64,000 nt of DNA. It comes from an uncultured virus (IMG/VR IMGVR_UViG_3300021962_006841). Its lineage: Duplodnaviria > Heunggongvirae > Uroviricota > Caudoviricetes. Each line of letters starts with the position of its first letter. Positions within the stretch are counted from its first letter, which is position 1. Below the pieces are notes generated by a model that saw nothing but the letters and a program-made list of their open reading frames with translations, made no database searches and had not been told where the DNA came from. Below are positions 9,819 through 18,730 of this stretch, piece by piece. The stretch lies in the IMG/VR virus record IMGVR_UViG_3300021962_006841; one strand, 5' to 3'. Position numbers and translations under genes: made by a program.

Positions 9819-9893
9819 AATCAAGGAGTTACACGTGTTTTAAAAACACCTGTAGAATCAGTAAGTTACAGATCCTTAAGAATCAAGGAGTTA
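9819..9893. repeat. three AATCAR-N4-TTA (IHF-consensus-like) boxes
   Basis: AATCAAGGAGTTA 9819-9831, AATCAGTAAGTTA 9856-9868, AATCAAGGAGTTA 9881-9893. Confidence 0.75.
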
Positions 9894-10558
9894 CAAGTCC
9901 ATAGGGAAACTGGCATGGTTTCAATGGTTTCTAGGCCTGGTGTAAAGCATGGAACCTCATAAGACATAAGATGATGGAATGCCTCATGCTTGATTTCGTA
10001 TGGTGGATTCTGACGACCTGACTGGGCAATAATGACAGTTGAGGTTTGACCCAGATCGGCTAGGTAGTTTAAGAGGTCGTCACTCGTCTGCTGGCCATAG
10101 ATAAGATCGGATGCAAAGATAACAGACTGCTCCGCAATCTTGGCTTTGAACAAATCTTTAATGTATGCTGTTACAATTTCATTATTACGATTGCTGTTAA
10201 CAGCAATAGTAAAATCGCTATACACACAACAATCAACACCAATTGAAATCTTGGCTCCTGCTCTCTTGGCAGCAATGGCAACAGTCCCCTGACCTGTTCC
10301 AACATCGTAGACGACTTTATCTTTAACAACAGTTGGATTGTCAAGAATCCATCTACCAAGAGCAACACCACATTCCCAAAGATAGGGCCATTGCCACGAG
10401 TGATGTGCATCTTGGAGTTGTTTCTTAACACCATCATCTTTTTGTTTAAGGCAAAAGAATTCCAGCTCTGGAAGAAGTGGATGTCTTCTCCAAGCAAAGT
10501 TACCTAATAGGTCTTCAACGCTTGGTGTTATAGAAGAGAATTTAGCAGGAATGTCCAT
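9866..10558 (-). CDS. class I SAM-dependent methyltransferase (family 16, lysine-MTase-like)
   Basis: WPYLWECGVAL..W, VYDVGTGQG motif I, ASDLIY. Confidence 0.8.
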   Translation of the reverse strand: MDIPAKFSSITPSVEDLLGNFAWRRHPLLPELEFFCLKQKDDGVKKQLQDAHHSWQWPYLWECGVALGRWILDNPTVVKDKVVYDVGTGQGTVAIAAKRAGAKISIGVDCCVYSDFTIAVNSNRNNEIVTAYIKDLFKAKIAEQSVIFASDLIYGQQTSDDLLNYLADLGQTSTVIIAQSGRQNPPYEIKHEAFHHLMSYEVPCFTPGLETIETMPVSLWTCNSLILKDL

Positions 10559-11472
10559 TCTTCTTTCCTCAAGTTCCAATCATAATTTCTGTCAAAGTAT
10601 TCCTTTTGGGCCTTTAAGTAATTTTCTACAGAGTTCTTTTTAACAACTTCAATTGCATGGTAGAGAATCTTAAAGAATGTGTTGGCATGGCTATTGACAT
10701 CTTCAGTGTAGTTATACATCAAGGCATAATTAGCACAAGTCTCAGGTAATGCAGCAAGAGAAGATGTTACAGTTAAGCATTGAGCTGACATAGCCTCTAG
10801 AGCACATAGGCAACTCGTCTCTTGCCAGATTGATGGGTAGGCAAAAATATGTGCCTTACCAATAGCTGCTCTTAGTTCTTCTTGAGAGACAGAACCATGA
10901 TAGGTCATACTTGGATGCTCTTCAATCTCCTTAAAGAGCTCCTGATACGGAACATCTCTTTCAGCCCAGCCATATAACTTAAAGCTCGAGAACACATCCA
11001 AATGAATATCAGGATGGTACTTTAGCATCTCCTTAAATACTGGTACTAGAATCTCCAAACCTCGGTGAGGCGTTGGATGATAGATCAATCTAATCTTTCC
11101 ATCTGGATCTTGCTTATTAATTAGTTCTGGTTGGATTGGCACAATTGCATTCTTGATTACTACACCTTCTGAATATGGAACACCAAGAACAGTGTTATAC
11201 ATCTGCTGCTGCCAATGGGATACAAATACAATTTTCTTAAATTGCTTTCTATACTCAGGATCCTTTAACTTAGCTGACTCTGGATCCCATGGTAGGTCAT
11301 GCAACCAAAGGATTGGAATCTTATCTGGATTGATTTCCCTAACCCTAGAAGGAATAATTTGAAACTTACTTAGTAGTTCCTTATCAACGTACTGCTCAAG
11401 CCTTTCAGCCATAAGCTCTGTACCACCCCTAGAATTCTTATTTGTTTCATTTCTTTCAATCACTAGTTTCAT
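10528..11472 (-). CDS. glycosyltransferase (GT-B, GT4-like)
   Basis: GGTE, LWLHD, FVSHWQ, HRGLE.L, YPSIWQETSCLCALEAM. Confidence 0.9.
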   Translation of the reverse strand: MKLVIERNETNKNSRGGTELMAERLEQYVDKELLSKFQIIPSRVREINPDKIPILWLHDLPWDPESAKLKDPEYRKQFKKIVFVSHWQQQMYNTVLGVPYSEGVVIKNAIVPIQPELINKQDPDGKIRLIYHPTPHRGLEILVPVFKEMLKYHPDIHLDVFSSFKLYGWAERDVPYQELFKEIEEHPSMTYHGSVSQEELRAAIGKAHIFAYPSIWQETSCLCALEAMSAQCLTVTSSLAALPETCANYALMYNYTEDVNSHANTFFKILYHAIEVVKKNSVENYLKAQKEYFDRNYDWNLRKEEWTFLLNSLL

Positions 11473-12304
11473 TTTCTTCTCTCACTTTGAATTCTGATGT
11501 TTCAATATTTAGTAGCGTTGCTCTCTTTCTAAATTTATTCATTATCAATTGAACTTTATCCTGAAGCTCGGGTGTATTAACAAGAGGCTCCATTTCGTGG
11601 AAAATAATCTTTCCTTCATCTCGTAACTTTTGAATGTAACGTTTATCAGGATGACCTTCAACAAGCATTCCGGCATGAGGGTTAGAGTTGCTACCCTTGA
11701 AGGATGGAACAGGTAAATGAAAACTACTTACTTCATTTACTTCACCATTCATCTCATACTGTACCTTACCTTCGAAGAAATCAAATCCAATAACATGAAG
11801 CTCCTTATACGAGCGGATAATATTTGTAAAATATGCTAATGTCAATGCACCCTGGGATGCTCGTTGATTAATATCGACTGTACCATAAGCAGTTTTAATC
11901 AATGCTCTTGTCTTCTTTATATCACCCATCACGAAGTAGTCTTTATATATCTCAAAATCTTCTTCATAGAAATGTTTGGATATTGTTGTCGTATTTTTCT
12001 TAGAGTCATATACAGATATCTGAGATATATTTAAAACCTGGTATGGTGTTCCCTTAAAATCTGGATAGTGATTGGCTCTCAATATAGAAAGAACCCATAC
12101 ATCTGTTTTACTGCCTAGATGTTCTTTAAACTCAGGCCAGGGGAATCCTTTACCAAGTCTAACTACAACATCAAAGCTGTCTATAAACTCACCATACGGT
12201 TTGTTAAACAAAGAAATCGAATTGCCAACAATGAGAACTCTCTTATTCTGACAGTATCCAATTAATCTATTTTCAAACTTGTCGTTGAGTCTTTTATTCC
12301 ACAT
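11456..12304 (-). CDS. GT29/sialyltransferase-like protein
   Basis: L-sialylmotif-like IVGNS...IDSFDVVVRL...GSKTD, plus GFDFF. Confidence 0.7.
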   Translation of the reverse strand: MWNKRLNDKFENRLIGYCQNKRVLIVGNSISLFNKPYGEFIDSFDVVVRLGKGFPWPEFKEHLGSKTDVWVLSILRANHYPDFKGTPYQVLNISQISVYDSKKNTTTISKHFYEEDFEIYKDYFVMGDIKKTRALIKTAYGTVDINQRASQGALTLAYFTNIIRSYKELHVIGFDFFEGKVQYEMNGEVNEVSSFHLPVPSFKGSNSNPHAGMLVEGHPDKRYIQKLRDEGKIIFHEMEPLVNTPELQDKVQLIMNKFRKRATLLNIETSEFKVREENETSD

Positions 12305-12996
12305 TAGAATCTACCATATTTTTCTTCTACCTTGTGTTTATAGAAATTAAATCTATCGGCAAATTCAACATTCTCATAACCTGGATGCCAGGGGCCTCCA
12401 TCTGTAAAGTGAATTGCCTTTGGATTAACTTCATCATTGTAGTAACCTACAAGATAGTTATATGTATGGGGAATAGAACCAATGTATTGATCATCACACC
12501 AATTAAACTCATGTAGATAACCAGCTGGTGATTCTGAAACAACTTGTGGTGTTAATCTTTTTGTGAATGCATGATCACAATTGAATACCATTAACGAAGA
12601 CCAATTCTTTCTTGGATACCAACTTTGTTTTTGGCCATCCATCTTGAATGGTTTAATTTGATCCTTCTGGATATTGTGTTTAACTACACTAACAGCTTTA
12701 GTTGGATCAATAACATCTAGAAGTTCAAGAGGGTCACAGTTCCAAATAAAGTCACTATCACAAAAGATAGCGTACCCATAAAACCCCTTGAGGTAGGGCG
12801 TTAAGAATCTTGTAAATGCAAACTCTGTACTACCTTCGGCTTGCTCCCTCCAGAAGTATCCTCTACTTACAACAGAAGTTAGATGTATTGTCTCAACTCG
12901 TATTTTTGAATAGTCTTCAATGGAGAGCCTGCAGGTATCAGCTACACTTGTCTGCTTACTATCATGTCCGATAAAGAGTTTTACCTTCTCTTTCAC
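12304..12996 (-). CDS. glycosyltransferase (GT-A, GT8/CDI-like)
   Basis: STEFAFTRFL.P, CDSD (DxD), YPRKNWSSLM, HFTDGGPW. Confidence 0.88.
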   Translation of the reverse strand: MKEKVKLFIGHDSKQTSVADTCRLSIEDYSKIRVETIHLTSVVSRGYFWREQAEGSTEFAFTRFLTPYLKGFYGYAIFCDSDFIWNCDPLELLDVIDPTKAVSVVKHNIQKDQIKPFKMDGQKQSWYPRKNWSSLMVFNCDHAFTKRLTPQVVSESPAGYLHEFNWCDDQYIGSIPHTYNYLVGYYNDEVNPKAIHFTDGGPWHPGYENVEFADRFNFYKHKVEEKYGRF

Positions 12997-13789
12997 TTGA
13001 CCTCTCCAGTATTGACATCAGTGTAGTATCCGCTTTGTACAGCATCATAATGCCAAATGATAAAGTTAGGAGAATTGTAAAAACGTAGTGATGTGTTGCA
13101 TGTTGGTTTCTTACCAACTGCTTCTAACTCTTTCCATCTTTCTTTGGAGACACTTGTTGGCTCTACCCATTCATTGTCGTTGTTTTGAATTAACAAAAAT
13201 GATCGGCCGCCACAATATTGCTTGATGGCGTCTACCCACCAATTCAAATCCTTAATGGTTGCATGGAGATTCTCTCCATCCTTAAACATTTTCTTAGCTG
13301 GGTTGGAGGAAATTGAGAATATGATTGTGCCATCTTCTTTGGTATAGTTACCAATCTCTGTTAGAACCTGAGGCACAAACTCTTCTGGCACATGCTCCAT
13401 AACATCAGCACAGCATGTAATATCAAACACATACCAGTTGGTGGTTTAGTTGCATACTGGGGTACGGCTGGGTCATAAGAATAATAGCATTGAATCATGC
13501 CATTTAATCTACCAAGTAGTGTCTTATTGCCGTGAGCTGAAAGGGGCATGTATGTGTGGATAGCCTTTCCACACCCATAGTCAAGTAATGTTACTGCCCT
13601 ACCTTTAGCATTGATTACTTGTTGAATGTAAGGTGGGAACTTCTTACCAAGCTGGGAACCATCAAACAAAGTTTTACCTTTGGATGGGTCTATTTCGTTG
13701 GTGTGGAGATTACCATCAAGCGCCAAGTACTTCTCGGCAGCAGTATGGATTCCCTGGTATCTTAAAATATACTCTTCTAATTTGTTCAT
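12993..13789 (-). pseudogene. class I SAM methyltransferase split by a frameshift at about 13428-13432
   Basis: Motif I LLDYGCGKA is in 13361-13789; FDITCCADVMEHVPE is in the other frame (12993-13430). Deleting TG from ATGTGTTT fuses them into 264 aa. Confidence 0.7.
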
Positions 13790-13824
13790 CTCAATTCCTA
13801 CTAAAGAAATAACTAATGCTATAT

Positions 13825-14037
13825 TTAGTCCTTCTTTAGATAGGGGCTAAGAAAATGTCTAATTAACTTATTGTTAATCATCGAAGGTATATCTTGGAAT
13901 GGTTGCTCAAGTAGATACCTACAACCACTAGACCAATTTGATTGCTTAATAAAGTTAGCATAATCCTCAACATGCTCGCTATTAGCTGGATCAAAATGAA
14001 TTCGTTCGCGTGGCTTCAACACACTTTCATTATACAT
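13825..14037 (-). CDS. hypothetical protein
   Basis: GGAG SD before MYNESVLKPRERIHFDPAN. Confidence 0.6.
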   Translation of the reverse strand: MYNESVLKPRERIHFDPANSEHVEDYANFIKQSNWSSGCRYLLEQPFQDIPSMINNKLIRHFLSPYLKKD

Positions 14038-14048
14038 GATATTACTCC

Positions 14049-14243
14049 CTAGGCAATCTTTCTTGCTAGTTCTAACACTTGATTTGCTATTGGATTGTTT
14101 CTGTTTTGAACGTATCCTGTTCTTATAAACCATCTTGCATTCAGTGGCGTAGCGGCCTTCCTGTCCTCTGGTACGTTTAGCTTTTGAATTAACTTTTCGT
14201 ATAATTCAACATTAGTGTCCTTGGTAACCTTGTTCATATACAT
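14049..14243 (-). CDS. hypothetical protein
   Basis: 64 aa operonic ORF. Confidence 0.55.
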   Translation of the reverse strand: MYMNKVTKDTNVELYEKLIQKLNVPEDRKAATPLNARWFIRTGYVQNRNNPIANQVLELARKIA

Positions 14244-14619
14244 GTTGCTCCAATTCTCTCATTTCTTCACTTAGACGCTGCACACAGCCCCTGTTGTATG
14301 ACCAGTAGAATCTTGAATCTTTATGATATGGATTCTCTCTATCACACAACTTGTATATGTCTGCCTGTCGATATCTTGGCTCTCTCCAACTTCTGTCGTG
14401 ATAGCCATATGTGTATCCTTGACTGTTACCTAGTACTTGTGGGCCAACATTATAGCCTATAATTGCTCCAAGTACTGTTGCCACCTTCTTCCCATCTCCA
14501 CCACCAATAGTGGAACCAAGGTAACCTCCTGCAATTGCTCCAAGAATTTTCTCATCCTCTTCGTTTGCATAGGCTGCTGGTGCTAAAATTAAAAGTGTTA
14601 GTAGTAGTAACTTTTTCAT
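14212..14619 (-). CDS. secreted glycine-zipper (2TM) protein
   Basis: Signal peptide MKKLLLL..., then GAIAGGYLGSTIGGGDGK..ATVLGAIIG; GGAGG SD; late promoter upstream. Confidence 0.75.
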   Translation of the reverse strand: MKKLLLLTLLILAPAAYANEEDEKILGAIAGGYLGSTIGGGDGKKVATVLGAIIGYNVGPQVLGNSQGYTYGYHDRSWREPRYRQADIYKLCDRENPYHKDSRFYWSYNRGCVQRLSEEMRELEQHVYEQGYQGH

Positions 14620-14641
14620 ACACCCTCCAAGATTATACGAA

Positions 14642-14649
14642 TATTTATA
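14642..14649 (-). promoter_or_regulatory. T4-type late promoter
   Basis: TATAAATA on the minus strand, upstream of a gene start. Confidence 0.7.
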
Positions 14650-15631
14650 TTGAATGTGGGGTATCAGAGAATATAACCTTAACATTATCTGGCATCGCAT
14701 TAACAATAGCGTTAATTAAACCAAGGCGGCTGCCTGCATCATGCTCCTTGGAGTCTTTAAGATATTTGTATGAACCAACTTGGTCTAGGATATCGATTTT
14801 ATTGACAATAAGTTGTGTAATATCATTTACTCTTGCAGCATATGCCATCTTATCAACATCAATCCAATTACACTTTCTCGGACGACCAGTTGTGGCGCCA
14901 AATTCTTGTCCTAGAATCTGAACTCTCAACAACTCTTCACAATGCATACCAAAAGGCTTTGTACCAACATATGTTTCATATGCCTTCGCAACACCAATAA
15001 TTTTTCTGATCTTTCTTGGTGAAACACCATTTAAAATAACAGAACCAATAGTACAATGGGAAGAAGTAACAAAAGGATAATCACCCCAATCAATATCCAA
15101 AGCAAAGCCCTGAGCACCTTCGGCAAGAACGCGAGCGCCAGTAAGAAGATCAAGACTATCCACAATGGTGAAATTATCAGTGTTAATAAGCTGATCGCCA
15201 ATACGAGTGCCAGTGCGTCCATACTTGTTTCTATAGGCCGGGCCTATTCCTTGTTTAGTTGTTCCTATAGCTGTATCGTTATTGTCTTCTGCTAAATGTT
15301 CATCAGTAACTAGATGAGCTCTCTTATCAATAAACAAAAGACGATCAGTCTTGAACCCATTTGCCTTGAGATAGGCAATTTCTTCTTCAAGCTTCCTTAC
15401 GTTTACTACACAGCCAATACCAATCAAAGATCGGATGCCGTAGAGAACTCCAGCTGGCACTTGATGTGTGACAATCTTCTCACCATTGTGGTAGATAGTA
15501 TGTCCAGCATTTGAGCCACCATTATATCGGAGAACCAGGTCGTACTCTCCACTACTTAGTAAAGAATGAGTAACCTTACCTTTCCCAGTATCACCTGACT
15601 GGAGGTCTACTACGGCATCACAATAAATCAT
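14645..15631 (-). CDS. purA: adenylosuccinate synthetase (short form)
   Basis: GDTGKGK, GGSNAGHT, IGTTKQGIGPAY, EGAQG, YPFVTSS, EFGATTGRPR, NKID. Confidence 0.92.
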   Translation of the reverse strand: MIYCDAVVDLQSGDTGKGKVTHSLLSSGEYDLVLRYNGGSNAGHTIYHNGEKIVTHQVPAGVLYGIRSLIGIGCVVNVRKLEEEIAYLKANGFKTDRLLFIDKRAHLVTDEHLAEDNNDTAIGTTKQGIGPAYRNKYGRTGTRIGDQLINTDNFTIVDSLDLLTGARVLAEGAQGFALDIDWGDYPFVTSSHCTIGSVILNGVSPRKIRKIIGVAKAYETYVGTKPFGMHCEELLRVQILGQEFGATTGRPRKCNWIDVDKMAYAARVNDITQLIVNKIDILDQVGSYKYLKDSKEHDAGSRLGLINAIVNAMPDNVKVIFSDTPHSI

Positions 15632-15816
15632 ACAGGATACTTCTCGTTATGACCGTTGTACCACAACTCCAAAGTATTAATTAGGTACCGCATCTCATGT
15701 GGAGTTGGCATATCATGGATAGAGTTATAAGCAGACATTTGTTTTGCAAACTCTCTAAGAACTTTAAGTTCCTCTATAGTGCCACGCGGGACTACTTCAA
15801 AATCACCATTAGACAT
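15628..15816 (-). CDS. hypothetical protein
   Basis: GAGGTG SD; ATGA overlap with purA; TTGTCT-17-GATAGT promoter upstream. Confidence 0.65.
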   Translation of the reverse strand: MSNGDFEVVPRGTIEELKVLREFAKQMSAYNSIHDMPTPHEMRYLINTLELWYNGHNEKYPV

Positions 15817-15872
15817 AAGTCACCTCATTACAAAAGTAGGGATACTATCCCATCACGACATTAGAAAGACAA

Positions 15873-16499
15873 CTAGTGATAAAAGATATGGTTACCAATT
15901 TGTCTAACCACCTTCTTAGTATTTGACCAAGCCGGGTCGACATAGGTAGCATGAAAGAACTTGGCTTGACCAACAACATTATATGACCTTTTGTTGATCA
16001 AAATGTTTTCGGCAATCTTTAGAGATTCCCTCCATGCAGGACCAGATCGAGCACGGAGGTCATTCTCACATACCCAAGAGAATTGACAGACGCCTCTGTA
16101 CTTTTGGTAAACAACACCACATACAGATCTAGGGAACTGATTACTCTTTACTCTGTTCATTGTAACTTGAGCAACAGCAAGTTTACCCTCACGAGGTTCT
16201 GAGCCAGCCTCGTAATAGATGTTCTTTGCAAGGCATTCTACCTCGCGCATAACTTTTTGCTTTTTGTCATAGGAGAGCTCAAGGAACTCCATGCGGCTGT
16301 TCATGTCCTCCATTTGAGCCATAAGAAAGATGTTTCTCTCTTGCTCAGCTTCGAGTTTGTCCATTGATTCAAAATGTATTGTGAACGGTACATAAAGAAA
16401 AAAGAACAAAGCTGCAAATAGTCCACCAAACCTAATAAACAAGTTATGGTTTCTATCAAAATAAGCTTCAATGCGATCTAAAATTTCTACTGCCTTCAT
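15873..16499 (-). CDS. SleB/Hydrolase_2 cell wall hydrolase with N-terminal TM and coiled coil
   Basis: CLAKNIYYEA, AVAQVTMNRV, CGVVYQ, CQFSW, FHATYV.P.W, IGNHIFY. Confidence 0.9.
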   Translation of the reverse strand: MKAVEILDRIEAYFDRNHNLFIRFGGLFAALFFFLYVPFTIHFESMDKLEAEQERNIFLMAQMEDMNSRMEFLELSYDKKQKVMREVECLAKNIYYEAGSEPREGKLAVAQVTMNRVKSNQFPRSVCGVVYQKYRGVCQFSWVCENDLRARSGPAWRESLKIAENILINKRSYNVVGQAKFFHATYVDPAWSNTKKVVRQIGNHIFYH

Positions 16500-16526
16500 G
16501 TTGTTACCTCCATTTATGCAGTTGGA

Positions 16527-16560
16527 AGAAAAAGGCGGACGGTTTTTACACCGCCGCCTC
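16527..16560 (-). terminator. intrinsic terminator after the tmRNA coding piece
   Basis: Minus strand AGGCGG-CGGTGTAAAAACCGT-CCGCCT then TTTT. Confidence 0.7.
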
Positions 16561-16858
16561 TAACCTTTCTGTTACCAAGCGGTTAACTCTGGAACCTATA
16601 CTGCAATTAAGCAGCTAGAGCCATTTCGTAGTAATCGTCATTTGCGTTTACTTTTTTTGCGCTGATTAAGTCAGTCGCCTCACTGGTAGCCGTCGGTTTA
16701 TTACTTGCCCTGTCGAAGCCATTTCTTCCCCGCAGAAGCACACTATGTGTCCGGTACAATCCGGCTCTTAACTCTTTCGAGTCAGTGTGCTTTTGGTGGA
16801 GAAGGTGGGAGTTGAACCCACGTCCAAGACACCTTTAGTCGTCAGTTTACTACCATTA
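16530..16858 (-). ncRNA. ssrA: circularly permuted (two-piece) tmRNA
   Basis: Acceptor piece with T-arm GTGGG-TTCAACT-CCCAC ends CTTCTCCACCA at 16794. The intervening segment is 16732-16793. The coding piece starts GGGGAAG at 16731 (G3.U70). The tag ANDDYYEMALAA-stop is at 16645-16607. Confidence 0.92.
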
Positions 16859-16861
16859 ACC

Positions 16862-17026
16862 TTATGCAACGATTCCGTACTGTTCGCGCAGAATCTTTTT
16901 ATATGGTCCACCTTCTTCAATCAACTTACTAACAAGCATCAGCTTGGCAGCAAGATCATTATCACCACTCTTTTCTAGAGCAGCAACAATAGTACGAAGG
17001 TCCACATTATCGATAGGAAGATCCAT
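16862..17026 (-). CDS. small conserved T4-like phage protein (not in ORF track)
   Basis: MDLPIDNVDLRTIVAALEKSGDNDLAAKLMLVSKLIEEGGPYKKILREQYGIVA; GAGG SD. Confidence 0.7.
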   Translation of the reverse strand: MDLPIDNVDLRTIVAALEKSGDNDLAAKLMLVSKLIEEGGPYKKILREQYGIVA

Positions 17027-17050
17027 TTGTTCAACCTCATCATTACCAAA

Positions 17051-17087
17051 TATTTATCATTATACAGGATTCAAATGGTCAAGTCAA
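17051..17087 (-). promoter_or_regulatory. overlapping sigma70 promoter and late-like promoter driving the small ORF and tmRNA
   Basis: TTGACT-17-TATAAT followed immediately by GATAAATA. Confidence 0.65.
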
Positions 17088-17596
17088 CCGTTTAACACTT
17101 TAGCAACAGCGTTAACAACTGCAGCAATTCTTCCAATATCGCGGAGTTGTTCAACTGTCATGCCTTCTTTCTTTAAGGTATCATAGTGAGCCTTGACACA
17201 GAAGTGGCATTTGCCCACGATTGAGGCTGCTAGAGAATAAGCTTCAAAATTTAACTTAGTTGTACCACCATGGCTTATGATAGCATTCATACGAAGGTTA
17301 GCTGGAAGACCCTTCAGTGCAGAGTCCTCAGCCATTTCAATATATGGATACCAAACATTGTTTTGAGCCATAGTGGCAGCAGCTGTCAAGGCGGCGACAC
17401 ATTCCTTATTGTCTTCCATACCTTGTTCAATTACAGCTAGTACCTTTCCATTACCAGTTGCCATTGCTGCAGCGACGGCACATCCATGTGCCACGACTGG
17501 ATCTAATGAGCTGCGTAAGAGAACAGCGTCAAGATTCAACTTTGTGTCTTTAGCGTATTCTGGCAATACTTCTTTAATTGTTTCTACCCAGCTCAT
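17084..17596 (-). CDS. ahpD: alkylhydroperoxidase AhpD
   Basis: PEYAKDTKLNL, MAQNNVWY, LRMN, SIVGKCHFCVKAH (CxxC). Confidence 0.92.
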   Translation of the reverse strand: MSWVETIKEVLPEYAKDTKLNLDAVLLRSSLDPVVAHGCAVAAAMATGNGKVLAVIEQGMEDNKECVAALTAAATMAQNNVWYPYIEMAEDSALKGLPANLRMNAIISHGGTTKLNFEAYSLAASIVGKCHFCVKAHYDTLKKEGMTVEQLRDIGRIAAVVNAVAKVLNG

Positions 17597-18009
17597 TTAG
17601 TTATCTCTCCTATCCTTTTATAACCGTTACTAGTGGGATGTATGCCATCTTTTGATAGAGATGGAATTCTAATAATCCAATCACCATACATTTCCGCAAT
17701 ACTTTCTACATGCTCTTGAATTCTTACAACAGGAATTTCGCTAGTCTTTGAATTACCAGCAGGAAGAATCCAATACACCTTTTCTGCTTGCACTCTTTCG
17801 CGCAGCTCGAACAGTTCCTTCTTAGTCTTAATGTGCTTATGATCATTACTACCAAGACTGATTACAACAACCTTACTACTAAATGTTTGTGGATATTTCT
17901 TATTAAATTGATAAGAATTGATACCACTCTTTACATAAGCAACACATTCAGGGCGAGTCTGAGCAGTGCCAACAGCAATACTATCACCGAGAATTAAACA
18001 CTCAATCAT
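17593..18009 (-). CDS. SGNH/GDSL hydrolase
   Basis: GDSIA, LGSND, DGIHP catalytic blocks. Confidence 0.85.
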   Translation of the reverse strand: MIECLILGDSIAVGTAQTRPECVAYVKSGINSYQFNKKYPQTFSSKVVVISLGSNDHKHIKTKKELFELRERVQAEKVYWILPAGNSKTSEIPVVRIQEHVESIAEMYGDWIIRIPSLSKDGIHPTSNGYKRIGEITK

Positions 18010-18155
18010 ATTTCTTTTTTATGTCCACAATGTGGGCAATACCATGTCCTTGGTTTCCAATTGTCGTCAGTTGCAAAACTCCACCAGAGCTTACATTGGG
18101 AGCACAAGAAGTGCCAAATGACTTCTTTGAATGGAGGTTTTGCTTCTGCTTCCAT
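18006..18155 (-). CDS. small zinc-ribbon protein
   Basis: CSQC...CPHCG; start overlaps the ahpC stop. Confidence 0.65.
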   Translation of the reverse strand: MEAEAKPPFKEVIWHFLCSQCKLWWSFATDDNWKPRTWYCPHCGHKKEI

Positions 18156-18730
18156 TAGGCCGCGTTTAAAGTTGCTTCGCCAACCTGACGGTTGCACTGG
18201 CAAAGTTCACCAGTCTGCAATGCATCGAGAATGCGAAGCGTTTCATCGGCATTACGGCCAACAGCTAAGCTGTTAACTGTAACATGCTGAATAACGTTGT
18301 TTGGATCAACAATAAATGTTGCTCTTAGAGCAGCACCCGCTGGGTTGAAGAACACACCAAGGTCAGAAACAAGACTTAGGTTTTCTACACCATAGTCAGC
18401 TGGTTCACGCTTCGTGTCAGCGAAGAACCAAGAAGTTGTCTTCTTTAAACCTTCATGTGCATTCTTCCATGCTAGCTTACAGAATTCATTGTCTGTAGAA
18501 CCAATTAGAAGAACTGCATCTCTATCAGCGAAGTCATTATTCAGCTTATCGTAAGCTACAATCTCTGTTGGGCAGACGAATGTAAAGTCCTTAGGATAGT
18601 AAACAATTACCTTCCACTTACCTTCGAATGACTTTTCTGTGATGTCTTCGAAAGCACCGTCTGGTGCTAGGGCACCAGGCTTAACACCTGTAATTACAAA
18701 CGGATTTAACTTATCACCTACTGTCTTCAT
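18155..18730 (-). CDS. ahpC: 2-Cys peroxiredoxin AhpC
   Basis: YYPKDFTFVCPTEI, RATFIVDP, VGRNADE.LR.LDALQ, LCQCN. Confidence 0.95.
   Translation of the reverse strand: MKTVGDKLNPFVITGVKPGALAPDGAFEDITEKSFEGKWKVIVYYPKDFTFVCPTEIVAYDKLNNDFADRDAVLLIGSTDNEFCKLAWKNAHEGLKKTTSWFFADTKREPADYGVENLSLVSDLGVFFNPAGAALRATFIVDPNNVIQHVTVNSLAVGRNADETLRILDALQTGELCQCNRQVGEATLNAA

Noticed and set aside
9819..9893. Replication iterons or att sites
   Set aside because: The same motif recurs at four promoters in both orientations, and no Rep or integrase is adjacent, so it fits a regulatory site better.
14645..15631. PurZ (2-aminoadenine pathway)
   Set aside because: The catalytic Asp is retained (GDTGKG, not GSTGKG), the GTP-type NKID is present, and no datZ/mazZ is recognisable in the window.
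16794..16825. Stand-alone tRNA suggested by the T-arm and CCA
   Set aside because: There is no anticodon or D arm upstream; the acceptor partner lies downstream, so this is the tmRNA acceptor piece.
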